A stretch of 64,000 bases of DNA from a bacterium (GCA_965261595.1 CBDHDG010000005.1:480001-544000), one strand, 5' to 3'. Positions 1 through 11,184 are shown, counted from the first letter of the stretch. Program-made: numbers and translations. Notes: generated from the sequence alone by a model not told the origin.

Positions 1-1376
1 GGACGGCTTGTTGCCTCGGGTCGTTCACGGCGTCGTGAATCAGGATCGGCTCGCCCGCTTGGAGGACCTCCCTGCGGGACAGCCTTTCTTTCAGGTTTTC
101 GAGTTCATCCAGAAATTCCCGCGAAAGACCCCGCGCCGCAAGGTATCGTCCCTCCTTGTTTCCCTCTCCGGACAGGTAGACCGAGCCCCGGTCCGCGCCC
201 ATCGCCTCGAACGCTTCCTCGACGATCCTTTCGAGAATCCCCTCCAATTCCAGAACCGAGGTGATTCTCGCGGAGGTGTCCACGAGCGCCTCCAGTCTCT
301 CTTTCGCCATGAGGACGTCCCGGTGTGAGGCCTGGACCCGCCCCAGCAGGTGGTTGATCCCTTCCCCCAGCCGGGACAACTCGTCCCCTCCCCGAACCGA
401 TACGCGCCCGGACAAGTCTCCGCCGATGTGGAGATCGGCCAAGCCCTTCGTCAGTCCGGCGACCGGCCGCAGGACGGACCTTTCGAGAACGACGATCGTC
501 AAGCCCCCGAACAGGACGCCCACCCCGACAAGGGCCCACAGAAAGTACGAGGATCTGCGGCGGCCTTGGTCGTAAATGTGCCTGGACAGATTCGCCCGCA
601 GGACCAGCGCGGGCTTGCCGTAGATGTCTTGGAGAAGCGCGAATCCCGAGACCAGTCGGCTGTCCAGGGGTTGAACCCCAATGCGTTTCCCATCGGCCAG
701 TGAGGGAAGCGCCGCCTTGAAGGCCGCGGGCAGGTTCGGATCATCGAAGCGGTGTGCTGTGAAAGCGACATGGGTCCGCCGGGCGATCTTCCGGACCTCC
801 GCCCGGTCCAGGATTCGGCCCATCACCACGGTCCCCCGGATGGGTCCATCGCCCTTCCCCGCCAGAATGGGACGGGAGGCCACGAGCAGGACCTGTCCCT
901 CGGAAAGGGAAAGAACCCCCTGGAGACTGCTTTTGGAGGCCGTATGACGCCAGAGGCGCTTTTTTGAGAGATGCTCTTCCAGGATGCTCTTAGGGGACGG
1001 GCAGCTTGCTCCCCTTTTTCAGATCGAAGCCTTTGCCCCAGACCAGCCGGCCGGATTTGTCGATCACGAGCAGAAGGTTGAGTTTGAGCTCGCTGAACGC
1101 GGCGTCCGACAGGCGTTCCCGGATGAAATCCGCATTGCCGTCGCGGACGAACGCGTATGTATCGTCGCGGGAACCCATCCGGGACGCCGCCGAGTCCAGG
1201 GCGTGGAGGTCATCCGAGATGGCGCTGAGGACCTGTCCGGCGCTCCGCCGCGCGTCCCGCGCCTCCAGGTCCTCGTAGCTGCTGAGCAGGACGAAGCGGA
1301 ATACGCCGTACAGGACGCCGATGAGGACGACGAGCACGGCCCCGATGATGAGGAGCGTTTTCTGACGAAGCGTCAT
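1..1376 (-). pseudogene. Membrane sensor (TM-CHASE4-TM-HAMP-probable GAF), frameshifted, runs off the window start
   Basis: ORF 990..1376 MTLRQKTLLII...RDDTYAFVRDGNADFI is CHASE4-like. Other frames continue with ASRPILAGKGDGPIRGTVVMGR, a second TM, and HAMP-like GDELSRLGEGINHLL. Shifts lie near homopolymers. Confidence 0.7.
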
Positions 1377-1847
1377 GTTTTACACCGCGGAGGAGGATTC
1401 ATGAGGATTCCCGCTTCCGGCGCCCGAGGCCCGAGACCCGAGGAAAAGGGCTCTGCCTCTCCGAATCGGAATGGAAACCGGCGGGATGACCGGAGGGCAT
1501 CGAGCAAACCGATCAACTTCTCCTGATTTTATATGCGAACCCTATATGGCATGCTACTTCTTCCTGATGGGGATCGGCCCTCCGCAAAGAGCTCGTAATC
1601 GCCGCTTCGCCAAACCCGCGCGTCAGGACCGGGCCTTTCCATGGAGGGGAAGCCACGCATCGGCCGCGGTTTCGATGGGCCGATTCTAACGCGACAGAAA
1701 GCGGCGGATCGATTATATTACGTGAAAATTCATGCTCTCCCTTCACGCCTGTAGCCTGCTCAATGGCGGCCGGGGGGGAGGGGGGATAGGTTTTCTCCGT
1801 CCGGATCGAATTTCACGTGTCTTGGACGTTGGAGAGGAGTGAAGAGG

Positions 1848-2561
1848 ATGGCTCGAGAAGGGTTGGGGAACCTGTCGGAAACCCATGCGTGCTCGCTGGC
1901 CCAGGAACGGGCGGCGGCCTTCCTGCGGCAGGTTTACTGGTGGATGACGGTCGGCCTCGCCGTAACGGGATGCGCGGCCTGGGCCGTGGTGGCTTCGCCC
2001 GGGTTGCAGCGTTTCATCTTTGGCAGCCAGATCGTGTATTTCGGGCTGATCATCGTGACGCTGGGCCTGGTCTTCACCTTGAGCGCCCGTGTGGAGAAGA
2101 TGAGCGTCCAGGGGGCGACGGCGACGTTCCTGATTTACTCGCTGCTCAACGGGCTGATGCTTTCGTCCATCTTCCTGGTCTATACGGCCGGCTCCATCAC
2201 GGGGGTCTTCTTCATCACGGCGGGGACGTTCGCGGTGACCAGCCTTTGGGCGTATACGACGAAGCGGAGTCTGGCCTCCTGGGGAAGTTTCTTCTTCATG
2301 GGCCTCATCGGCATCATCATCGCCTCCGTCGTCAACATGTTCCTGCAAAGCTCGGCGCTGCATTGGGCTATCAGCTACATCGGCGTGCTGGTGTTCGTCG
2401 GTCTGACGGCCTACGACACGCAAAAGCTAACGCTCCTCGGCGCCCAGGGATTCGGCAATGAGGCCACTGCGGCGAAGGCCTCGATCCTCGGAGCGCTGAG
2501 GCTCTACCTGGACTTCATCAACCTGTTCCTCATGCTCCTGCGGATTTTCGGGCGGCGATAA
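1848..2561 (+). CDS. Bax inhibitor-1/YccA family membrane protein
   Basis: Multi-TM protein with TAYDTQKL and GALRLYLDFINLFLMLLRIFG motifs. Confidence 0.93.
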   Translation: MAREGLGNLSETHACSLAQERAAAFLRQVYWWMTVGLAVTGCAAWAVVASPGLQRFIFGSQIVYFGLIIVTLGLVFTLSARVEKMSVQGATATFLIYSLLNGLMLSSIFLVYTAGSITGVFFITAGTFAVTSLWAYTTKRSLASWGSFFFMGLIGIIIASVVNMFLQSSALHWAISYIGVLVFVGLTAYDTQKLTLLGAQGFGNEATAAKASILGALRLYLDFINLFLMLLRIFGRR

Positions 2562-2652
2562 GAACGGAGGGGTTTCCGCGGGGAGCCTCCCCCGTGTCGG
2601 GACGGGCTCGGCATTCCGTCCGCGCGGGTTTGTTGAATTGTTTCGTTTGGCG

Positions 2653-2687
2653 AAATCGGGCGGCCTTTTGGGCCGCCCGATTTTTTT
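2653..2687 (+). terminator. Intrinsic terminator
   Basis: AAATCGGGCGGCC-TTTTG-GGCCGCCCGATTT stem followed by a T run. Confidence 0.85.
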
Positions 2688-2787
2688 GCGTGCGCCGGGA
2701 ACCCCGGCGTCCGGCGGCCGAGCGCCCGGAACCCAACCGGACTCCGCGCGATTGTGAGGTATAATCGGCGCGTCCTGAAACCGAAAC

Positions 2788-5079
2788 ATGGGAGCGCGAC
2801 GCTTGGCCACGACTGAAAAATGGCGGCACGTGGGAAAACGGGTTCCCCGGCTGGACGCCCGGGAGAAGGCGATGGGCGGCCTCCTGTATCCGTCCGACCT
2901 CGTTCGGGACGGGGTGCTCTGGGTGCGCGTCCTGCGCGCCGGGCGGGCGCATGCCCGGATCCTGAGCATCGATGCCGACGGGGCCGGCCGTGTGCCGGGG
3001 GTCGCGGCGGTCCTCACGGCGCGTGACGTCCCGGGCCTGAACCTGTGCGGCGCCGTGGCGGCGGACCGGCCGGTTCTATGCGGAGATGTGGTGCGCTATG
3101 AAGGGGACGCCGTCGCCCTGGTCGCCGCCGAGACGCCCGAGGCGGCCGCGCTCGCCCTGGACCGGATCACCGTGGAATACGAAGACCTGCCCCCGCTGCC
3201 GGACATCGAGGCGGCTTTGTCTCCCGGCGCCGCCCCCATTCACGGGGACGGAAACGTTTTCAAGGAGATTCACGTGTCCTGAGGAGACGTCGAGGCGGGA
3301 TTCGGCCGGGCGGACTGGGTGGTCGAGGAAGGTTTCCGCACGCAAAGCCAGACCCACGTCTACCTGGAGACCGAGGCGGCCTTGTCCTTCCGGGATGAAA
3401 CGGGCCGGCTGACGGTCGTCGCGACGGGCCAGTTCCCCCAGTTCGACCGGACGCAGGTCGCCCGGGCCCTGGGACTCGATGAAGACGCCGTCCGGGTCCT
3501 CAATCCCTCCAACGGAGGGGCCTTCGGCGGCAAAGAGGAAATCACCGTTCAGGTCTATCCCGCCCTCGTGACCCTCTTGACGGGCCGGCCCGCCAAGATC
3601 GTCCTGGGCCGGGAAGAGTCCATCGTGGCGGGGACCAAGCGGCACCCGATGCGTTTCCGGTACAAGGCGGGCGTCCGCTCGGACGGCTCGCTGACGGCCT
3701 TGTCGGTGAGAATCGAAAACGACACCGGCCCTTACCTCTCCTATGGGCACATCATCACGAACGTCGCCCTGACGCATGCGTGCGGGGCTTATTCGATCCC
3801 CGACGCGCGCCTCGACGCCGCGACCGTTTTCACCCACGGGTCATTCGGCGGGGCGTTCCGCGGCTTCGGCTCCTCGCAGCCGGCGTTCGCCGTCGAGGTC
3901 TTCATGGACATCCTGGCCGAGCGCGCGGGGATGGACCCCATCGCGTTTCGGCTGAAAAACCGCGTCGCCCAAGGGCGGCCGATGGTGGGGAACAAGGTGT
4001 TGGAGATCTCCGCCCCCGTCGCCGAGCTGCTCGAGACGGCCCGCGCCCATCCGCTCTACGCCGAGCGCGAACGGATCCGGGCCGAGCAGCCGGATCTGCC
4101 TCCCGAGCGGCGAAGGGACTGCCGGACGGGCATCGGCGTCGCCCTGTCGATGAAGAACTGGTGCATGGGGTCGAACGTGAAGGACGAGACCCATGTGGAG
4201 GTCCGTCTGGAGGCGTCGGGGCGGGTTGTCGTCGAGTCCGGGATCACCGAGATCGGCACGGGCAACCTCACGGCGATCGCCCAGGTCGCGGCGGAAATCC
4301 TCAATTGCGAGGTGGAGCGGATCCGGGTCGTGGAGGGGGACAGCGACTCGCCCGACGGCGGGCCCACCAACGCCTCGCGCACGGTGTACATGGGCGCCGG
4401 CGCCGTCCACCAGGGGGCGACCGCCCTCAAGGAGGAGATCCTCAAGCGGGCGTCCGAGATGGCGGATGTTCCCCGGGAACAGCTCTTTCTGGAAGACGGG
4501 CGCGTGCGCGGCCGTCCGCCGGCCGACGTGGAGGTTTCTTTCGCCGACCTGGCGCGGGACGGCGCGGTCAAGGCCCGCGGGTTTTTCGAGGCCGCCCAAT
4601 TTCACGGCGATGACGACTGGCTTCCGCCCTATCTCTTCGCCTTCGCCGTTCATCTCGTTCAGGCGGCGGTGGATGTGAGGACGGGGGAGCTTGACGTTCA
4701 GAAGGTCTTTTGCGTCCTGGATCCCGGCCGGGTCATCAACCCCATCGGCGTGGAGGGGCAGTCCGAGGGAGGGGTGGCCATGGGCTTGGGCTGCGCCTTC
4801 ATGGAAGAGCTCGTCCTTCGGGACGGAATTCACGAGAACGTCTTTTTGGGCGATTACCTGATCCCGACTTCCCTGGACGTTCCCGATATCCGGACCGCGT
4901 GGGTCGAGCATCCCGAGGAGACTTCTCCGTACGGGGCCAAGGGGATCGCCGAGTTGCCGATGAACCCTTTCGCGCCGGCCCTTTCCAACGCCCTGTATCA
5001 TGCCTTGCGCGTCCGGTTTCTATCCACGCCCATCACCCCGGCTGCCGTCGTTTCGGCCCTGAGGGGTCGCCGACCCTGA
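2788..5079 (+). CDS. Xanthine dehydrogenase family Mo-binding subunit with one in-frame TGA at 3280-3282
   Basis: ORFs 2788..3282 and 3319..5079 are in the same frame; motifs GGAFGGK, AFRGFG, GQSEGG, GAKGIAE. Confidence 0.88.
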
Positions 5080-5179
5080 GGATCCGCCGACCCTGGGGGT
5101 CCGCCGGCCGGTCGTGCGGTGAAGGCGAGGAGTTCGCGGCCCGTCCATGACGCGCCCGTCTCATGAAGAGGATGACGAC

Positions 5180-6442
5180 GTGACGAATTCCCGGTTGCTC
5201 AAGAACGCCCGCGCGCCCGGCTGGGACGCCCCGCGCGACCTCCTCATTCGGGGCGGGAAAATCTCGGCCGTCGGTGAAAACCTGGACGCCGGGGGGGGGG
5301 AGGGGGGGGGCTCCGTCATCGACCTCGGCGGCCGGGCGGTCATCCCGGGTCTGGTCGAGGCCCACACGCATCTGGACAAGGCCCTCACCCTCGATATCTG
5401 CAAGAACGAAGAGGGAACGCTGATCGGCGCCATCCGCGCGATGGCGAAGCTGAAGCGGGCGTCCAGCGCGGAGGACGTCTACCGGAGGGCCGAGGCCTGC
5501 CTGTTGAAGTTCATCGCTCACGGGGCGACGGCCGTCCGGACGCATATCGACGTGGACCCCTCCATCGAGCTCCGGGGGATGGAGGCCGGGGTTCGGCTGC
5601 GGGAGGAATACCGGGACAAGGTGACGCTCCAGCTGGTGGCCTTCGCCAGCGGGGCCTCGGGCTCCCTGGACGCGCCGGAGCACCGGGACCGCCTCGCGGA
5701 GGCCGTCCGCATGGGGGCGGATGTCGTCGGCGGGGCGCCCACCCTGGCCGACGACCCGAAGGCGCACGTGGACGCCGTGTTCGACTTGGCCCTGAAGACC
5801 GGCCTGTCCCTCGATCTGCACGTGGATGAATCGGACGATCCCGGCGCCCGGGCCCTGGAAATCGTGGCGGAAAAGACAATGGCGGAGGGTTACGAAGGGC
5901 GGGTGGTCGCCGGGCACTGCTGCTCCCTGGCGGCGATGGATGACGCGGCGGCCGGCCGGATCATCGAAAAGACCGCCCGGGCGGGGATCGCCATCATCAC
6001 GATGCCGTTTTGCAACCTGTATCTTCAGGGAAGGCGCGACGCCCAGCCCGTCCGGCGGGGCATCACGCGCGTGAAAGAGATGGAAGAGGCCGGGGTCAAC
6101 ATCTATTGCGCGTCCGACAACGTTCAGGACCCCTTCGGCCCCTTCGGCCGGGCGGACACGCTGGAGGCGGCCTGGCTGACCGGGCTGGCGGCCCAGTGGG
6201 ATCCGGGCAATCTCCCCGCGCTTCTCGATATGGTCACAGCCCGTCCGGCGCGGCCCCTGGGGTTGGGCGAGCCTTACGGCGTCCGGGAAGGGTCGCGGGC
6301 GGACCTGGTGGTGATGGATTCCGACGCGGCCGATCATGTCGTCATCGAGCGGCCCGCGCGCGCCCTCGTCATCCGGTCCGGCCGGATCGTCTCCACCGGA
6401 CCCGGCGCGCGGGACCTGGGAATCCATGAGTCGGAGTGTTGA
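5180..6442 (+). CDS. Cytosine deaminase-like amidohydrolase
   Basis: EAHTHLDKA, RTHIDV, LHVDE, GHCCSL, SDNVQDPF motifs; start could be 5147. Confidence 0.9.
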   Translation: MTNSRLLKNARAPGWDAPRDLLIRGGKISAVGENLDAGGGEGGGSVIDLGGRAVIPGLVEAHTHLDKALTLDICKNEEGTLIGAIRAMAKLKRASSAEDVYRRAEACLLKFIAHGATAVRTHIDVDPSIELRGMEAGVRLREEYRDKVTLQLVAFASGASGSLDAPEHRDRLAEAVRMGADVVGGAPTLADDPKAHVDAVFDLALKTGLSLDLHVDESDDPGARALEIVAEKTMAEGYEGRVVAGHCCSLAAMDDAAAGRIIEKTARAGIAIITMPFCNLYLQGRRDAQPVRRGITRVKEMEEAGVNIYCASDNVQDPFGPFGRADTLEAAWLTGLAAQWDPGNLPALLDMVTARPARPLGLGEPYGVREGSRADLVVMDSDAADHVVIERPARALVIRSGRIVSTGPGARDLGIHESEC

Positions 6443-6486
6443 GGCGGCGCGGCGATCGTGAGAACAGGCGAACGCCCATCCCGAAC

Positions 6487-6664
6487 TGTCATTCCCGCGC
6501 AGGCGGGAATCCAGCGTTCTGAGTTGTGGGTCCATCCTCCTGCCCACGTGATCATTGAGTGGAGAAGTATACGAGAGGGAGAAGGGCTTTCGGCGCAGCC
6601 GGGGGTCGGGTTGATTGGGACCGATCTGAAGCACTTCTGGATTCCCGCCTGCGCGGGAATGACA
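6487..6664. repeat. Inverted pair of REP-like hairpins (REPIN-like unit)
   Basis: TGTCATTCCCGCGCAGGCGGGAATCCA at 6487-6513 and its exact reverse complement at 6638-6664. Confidence 0.85.
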
Positions 6665-6798
6665 AGCGGGGGGCGTTGCAGAATGACGGCGGACTGTCAA
6701 GGTTCAGGGGATCGCCCGTCAGCGCATGAATCACGACTGACCCTCTGGGGCTTCGTTTCTTCAAGTGCCGAAAACTGGGGATCACTGGGGAACGGACA

Positions 6799-7251
6799 TT
6801 GGGCTGCCGATTTACGCTGAACGGAAAGGCGGTAGAGACCGACGCGCCGGGCGACCGGACGCTTCTCGACCACCTACGCGAAGACCTGGACCTGACGGGC
6901 GCCAAGGAAGGCTGCGGGGAGGGGGAGTGCGGGGCCTGCACGGTCCTGGTCGACGGGGACGCCGTCGTCGCCTGTCTCGTCCCGGTGGGTCAGTTGGAAG
7001 GCCGCGAGGTCGTGACCATCGAGGGGCTGGCCGCCGCCGGCCGGCTGGACACCTTGCAGGAGTCCTTTGTCCGGGAGGGGGCCGTCCAGTGCGGCGCGTG
7101 CATTCCGGGGATGATCCTATCGGCCAAGGCCCTGTTGGCGGAGAATTCCAGTCCAGACCGGGTCGAGATCCGCCGGGCCATCGCGGGCAACCTCTGCCGC
7201 TGCACGGGATACGTCAAGATTGTGGACGCCATCGAGCGGGCCTTGTCATGA
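6799..7251 (+). CDS. Mo-hydroxylase [2Fe-2S] small subunit
   Basis: GCGEGECGAC, QCGAC, NLCRCTGY. Confidence 0.95.
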   Translation: MGCRFTLNGKAVETDAPGDRTLLDHLREDLDLTGAKEGCGEGECGACTVLVDGDAVVACLVPVGQLEGREVVTIEGLAAAGRLDTLQESFVREGAVQCGACIPGMILSAKALLAENSSPDRVEIRRAIAGNLCRCTGYVKIVDAIERALS

Positions 7252-8111
7252 GCGGATTCATCTCGCCCCGCACCCTTCAGGAGGCTTTCGACGCCCTCGC
7301 GGATGACGGGGAAAACCTCCGGCTCCTTTCCGGCGCGACGGATGTCGTCGTCTGGGTCCGCGACGGCCGGCTGAGCGTCCGCCGCTACCTGAACCTTTCC
7401 GGTCTCGAAAGAGAGCTTCGCTACATCCGCGAGGAGAACGGCTTCATCGAGATGGGCGCCTTGACGACCGTGAGCGACCTCCTGCGCTCGGACCTGATCC
7501 GACGGCACGCCCGGGCGCTGCACGACGCCGCGGTCCTGTTCGGGTCCGTCCAGATTCGGAACCGGGCGACGGTGGCGGGAAACCTGGGGACGGCCTCCCC
7601 CGCGGGGGACGCGCTGCCGCCCCTGTTGGCCCTGGACGCGCAGGTGGTCCTGGAGAGCAGCAGCGGAGTTCGAGACGTGTCTTTCGACAAGTACATGTTT
7701 GGTCCCGGAGAGACGGCCCGGAGCTCCGATGAGCTGATCACGGCCGTCCGGTTCCCGGTCATGCGGAGCGGGGAGACAAGCTTCTACCGCCGCCTCGATC
7801 TCAGAGACGCCCTCGCCATCTCCGTTGCGGGCGTGGCCGTCCGGGTGAGGCGGGAGGGATCTTCCCCGGCCGCCGTCTCCTCCGCCCGGGTGGCGCTGGG
7901 GGCGGTCGCCCCTACGGTCCGCCGCGCGCCGGAGGCCGAGGAGGCCCTGACGGCCGGGCCCGTCCGCCTGGACGACCTGATGGACATCGGCGAGCTGGCC
8001 GCCCGCTCGGCCCGCCCCATCGACGACGTTCGGGCGTCCGCCGGGTACCGGAAGGCCCTCATCCCCGGGCTGTTCTATCAGGGCATGTACGATGTCCTCA
8101 CGGAGGGTTGA
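7248..8111 (+). CDS. Mo-hydroxylase FAD-binding subunit
   Basis: SGATD, QIRNRATVAGN, PIDDVRASAGYR; ATGA overlap with the upstream gene. Confidence 0.93.
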   Translation: MSGFISPRTLQEAFDALADDGENLRLLSGATDVVVWVRDGRLSVRRYLNLSGLERELRYIREENGFIEMGALTTVSDLLRSDLIRRHARALHDAAVLFGSVQIRNRATVAGNLGTASPAGDALPPLLALDAQVVLESSSGVRDVSFDKYMFGPGETARSSDELITAVRFPVMRSGETSFYRRLDLRDALAISVAGVAVRVRREGSSPAAVSSARVALGAVAPTVRRAPEAEEALTAGPVRLDDLMDIGELAARSARPIDDVRASAGYRKALIPGLFYQGMYDVLTEG

Positions 8112-8114
8112 GCC

Positions 8115-10436
8115 ATGACGCAGGATCGCGGCGAAAAGGGTCCCGTCGGACAATCCATCCGGCGCGTCGACGGGGCCGGCAAGACGACGGGCGAGACGCG
8201 CTTCTTCTCGGATCTCTATCCCCCGGACGTGCTCTGGGTGCGGACCCTGCGATTCGAGCCGGGTCCGTCGGGAAGCGTCCACGCGCGCATCCGCGCCCTC
8301 GACTCGTCCAAAGCGGAAAGCGCCCCGGGCGTCGTCCGGGTGATCACGGCGAAGGACGTTCCCGGGGAGAATTCCTTCGGCGTGCACGTCCAGGATCAGC
8401 CGGTTTTGTGCGACAGCCGGGTCCGTTTTCACGGGGACGCGCTCGCCCTGGTCGTCGCGGAGACCCGAGAGGCGGCCTCGGCGGCCTTGGATCTCATCGA
8501 CGTGGATTACGAGCCTCTGCCCATCCTCCTGGACCCGGACGCGGCCATGGCCGGGTACGCCTTCCCCATCGGCGAGGGCGGCAACGTCGTGAAGGCGGTC
8601 CACGTGGAGCGGGGGGACCTGGAGGCCGGATTCGCCGAGGCGGATGTCATTATCGAGAACACCTTCGAGACCCCCCGGCAGGCGGCGGCCTTCATTGAGA
8701 CCGAATCGGGCGTGGCCCGCATGGAGGGGGGGGGAGAGGGGGACATCCTGGTTGTGCAATCCGGCGCCCAGAACCCCTTCGACGACCGCCGCGAGATCGC
8801 CCGGTCGCTGGGGATCCCGGTGGAGCGAATCCGCATGCAGGCGTCGCCCATCGGCGGCGGGTTCGGCGCGAAAGACGGAATCTCCATGCAGATCCACTTG
8901 GCGCTGGCGGCCTGGCTGACCGGCCGGCCCGTGCGGCTCTTTTGGGAGCGCGAGGAGTCCAACCTGGCCGGCTGGAAGCGCCACCCGTTCCGGATTTCCC
9001 TCAAGACCGGGGTGAAGCGGGACGGGACGCTGACGGCCCACCGGGCCCGGGTGGTCGCCGACACCGGCGCCTATGTCGGCTGCGGCCCCGCGGTCCTCTG
9101 CGTGGCGGTCGAGGCGGTGGGCGGCCCGTACCGGATTCCCCACGTCGGGATCGACGGCTATTGCGTCCTCACCAACAACACGCCGGCCGGTGCGATCCGG
9201 GGGTTCGGGGCGGTGCAGGCCTGCCTCGCCATGGAGTGCCAGATGGACGCCCTGGCGGTGGCCCTGTCGATGGACCCGCTGGCGCTTCGCAAGCGCAACG
9301 CCGTCCGGGCGGGCGAAACCGCTCCCCTGGGCAACGTCCTGCAATGTTCCGTCCACTACGAGGAGACCCTTGCCGCCATCGAGTCGTCCGGGGCCTGGCG
9401 GACCCAGGAGAACTGGAAGCGGGAAGCCCCGCGCCCCTGGATCAAGCGGGGCGTCGGGATTGCGTCCGGGGTGAAGGGCGTAGGCATGGGGCAGTTCCCG
9501 GACGAGGGGTCCGTGCGGATGGAGATCACCGCCGAAGGAAAATTCGTTCTGGGCGTGGGGTTGAGCGAGATGGGGGAGGGGATCACGACGGCCTTTGTCC
9601 AGATGGCGGCCGAGACGCTCCACTGTTCCCCCGGGGACGTCGAGCTTCTTCCGGTGGACACCGATCAGGTTCCGGAGTGCGGGGGCGCGGACGCCTCCCG
9701 CTCCACGATGACCGGAGGGAACGCCATCCTGTGGGCCGCTCCGCTGATGGAGGCCCTTTTGAAGAAAGAGGCGGCGGGAAAACTCGAAGTGGACGAAGAG
9801 GATCTCGAGCTGCATGGCGGCGCCGTCCGGTCCCGCTCGGCGCCGGATCGCTCGGTGGGCTACGCCGAAATCGGCCGGTCGATTCGGGGCCGGGGCGAAT
9901 CCGGCCGGGTGGAGGCGCGCTACGAATGGCCTCGGGATCAGGACCCGATCCCGGGCGCCGAAGAGCTCCCCCATCTCTTTTACGCCTTCGCGACCCACCT
10001 GGCCCGGGTCGAGGTGGACACCCTCACCGGCCGCGTTCGCCTTCTGGGCCTGGTGACCGCCCAGGACGTGGGCCGGGTGATCAATCCCCAGGGGCTCGAA
10101 GGCCAGAGCGAGGGGGGGTCGCTCTACAGCGCCGGAATCAGCCTGTGGGAAGACACCCTCCTCTCGGACGCCGGGGTCATGCTGACGCCCAATTTTACGA
10201 CCTACCTGATCGGGACAGCGGCCGACGCGCCCGAGATCGAGACCCTCGACATCGACGGCTTCGAGCCCCTCGGCCCGTTCGGCGCCAAGGGGGCCGGGGA
10301 GATCGTGACCCTTCCGGCCGCCGCTGCTGTCGTCAACGCCATCCGCGACGCCGCGGGCGTCCGTGTCCGCCGCACGCCGGCAACGCCCGAGCGGGTCTTC
10401 CGCGCGCTTCAGGAAAAGGCCGCCGGGGTCTCATGA
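8115..10436 (+). CDS. Xanthine dehydrogenase family Mo-binding subunit (second copy)
   Basis: GGGFGAK, AIRGFG, GQSEGG, GAKGAGE. Confidence 0.95.
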   Translation: MTQDRGEKGPVGQSIRRVDGAGKTTGETRFFSDLYPPDVLWVRTLRFEPGPSGSVHARIRALDSSKAESAPGVVRVITAKDVPGENSFGVHVQDQPVLCDSRVRFHGDALALVVAETREAASAALDLIDVDYEPLPILLDPDAAMAGYAFPIGEGGNVVKAVHVERGDLEAGFAEADVIIENTFETPRQAAAFIETESGVARMEGGGEGDILVVQSGAQNPFDDRREIARSLGIPVERIRMQASPIGGGFGAKDGISMQIHLALAAWLTGRPVRLFWEREESNLAGWKRHPFRISLKTGVKRDGTLTAHRARVVADTGAYVGCGPAVLCVAVEAVGGPYRIPHVGIDGYCVLTNNTPAGAIRGFGAVQACLAMECQMDALAVALSMDPLALRKRNAVRAGETAPLGNVLQCSVHYEETLAAIESSGAWRTQENWKREAPRPWIKRGVGIASGVKGVGMGQFPDEGSVRMEITAEGKFVLGVGLSEMGEGITTAFVQMAAETLHCSPGDVELLPVDTDQVPECGGADASRSTMTGGNAILWAAPLMEALLKKEAAGKLEVDEEDLELHGGAVRSRSAPDRSVGYAEIGRSIRGRGESGRVEARYEWPRDQDPIPGAEELPHLFYAFATHLARVEVDTLTGRVRLLGLVTAQDVGRVINPQGLEGQSEGGSLYSAGISLWEDTLLSDAGVMLTPNFTTYLIGTAADAPEIETLDIDGFEPLGPFGAKGAGEIVTLPAAAAVVNAIRDAAGVRVRRTPATPERVFRALQEKAAGVS

Positions 10437-10489
10437 CGGGCGCGCAGGGAGCATCCTCGGCTGGACCTTGAACCGCGATTGAAAAACGC

Positions 10490-10780
10490 TCAGTCTTTGG
10501 GTTCGTACACTTCAAAAAATCGAACTTCCGGCGGCCCCTTCAAGATATCGCCGGCCTTTTCGCGCAACGCGGGTCCCAGGGCCGCGTCAACGGCCTCCGC
10601 GTCCTCTTTTGTTTCCCAAAGGCTCACCGTTCCATACTGATTGGTATCGTTTTTCCCGAGAAAAGTCACGGACTGAAACCCCTTGAGCGCCCGGTAATGG
10701 GCGGCCATCTCATCCGCAATTTTCTCCATCGTGGACCTCATCCCCGGACCCACAGTCAGAACGGCCAGGCGTGCATGCAT
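10490..10780 (-). CDS. ABM-like dimeric alpha/beta-barrel protein
   Basis: MHARLAV...KGF...SLWETKEDAEA...PEVRFFEV pattern; GGAGGA RBS. Confidence 0.7.
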   Translation of the reverse strand: MHARLAVLTVGPGMRSTMEKIADEMAAHYRALKGFQSVTFLGKNDTNQYGTVSLWETKEDAEAVDAALGPALREKAGDILKGPPEVRFFEVYEPKD

Positions 10781-11168
10781 AGGCGTTTCCTCCATCAAAA
10801 GATTGCCAAAGAGGCTTGGGTCATTTCCCGCATTCTAACATTCTCCCACGCCCTCAAACTGGCGTCTCCCCCGTAGCAACGTCGCACGAAAGAGCGCCCC
10901 GGACGCACCCCCTTCCAGCGCCCCCCGAGAAGGATCGCCCGACCGGCGGGGTGACAGGCAGTCCCCTGCCCGATGGGAAGAAACTGATTGATCGGTCGCG
11001 GCTCTCCAGCGATCTCTCCCGCATACAGTGTTATCACACAAGGAATTCCGGGCGGCCCATTCGCCGATTACCAAGTTAACAAATTCAACCTCAGAATCCT
11101 GACCCTCCTTCCCCTTAATAAGAGTCAATGACTGTAAATTCAAATGGTTATCATGCTATCCCCCGTTT

Positions 11169-11184
11169 TGGCATCCTGGTTGCT
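11169..11184 (+). promoter_or_regulatory. Sigma54 -24/-12 promoter
   Basis: TGGCATCCTGGTTGCT matches TGGCAY-N5-TTGC; IHF-like ATTCAAATGGTTA just upstream. Confidence 0.65.

Noticed and set aside
1547..1561. Sigma54-like TGGCATGCTACTTCT
   Set aside because: The -12 box lacks GC; too weak to call.
6765..8111. 448-aa extended FAD subunit
   Set aside because: The N-terminal part overlaps the FeS gene; the real start is ATG 7248.
6990..9998. Long antisense ORFs (1002 aa here; also 5033-6700, 21486-23159, 42036-43421, 60130-61452)
   Set aside because: Shadow frames of real high-GC genes with no motifs.
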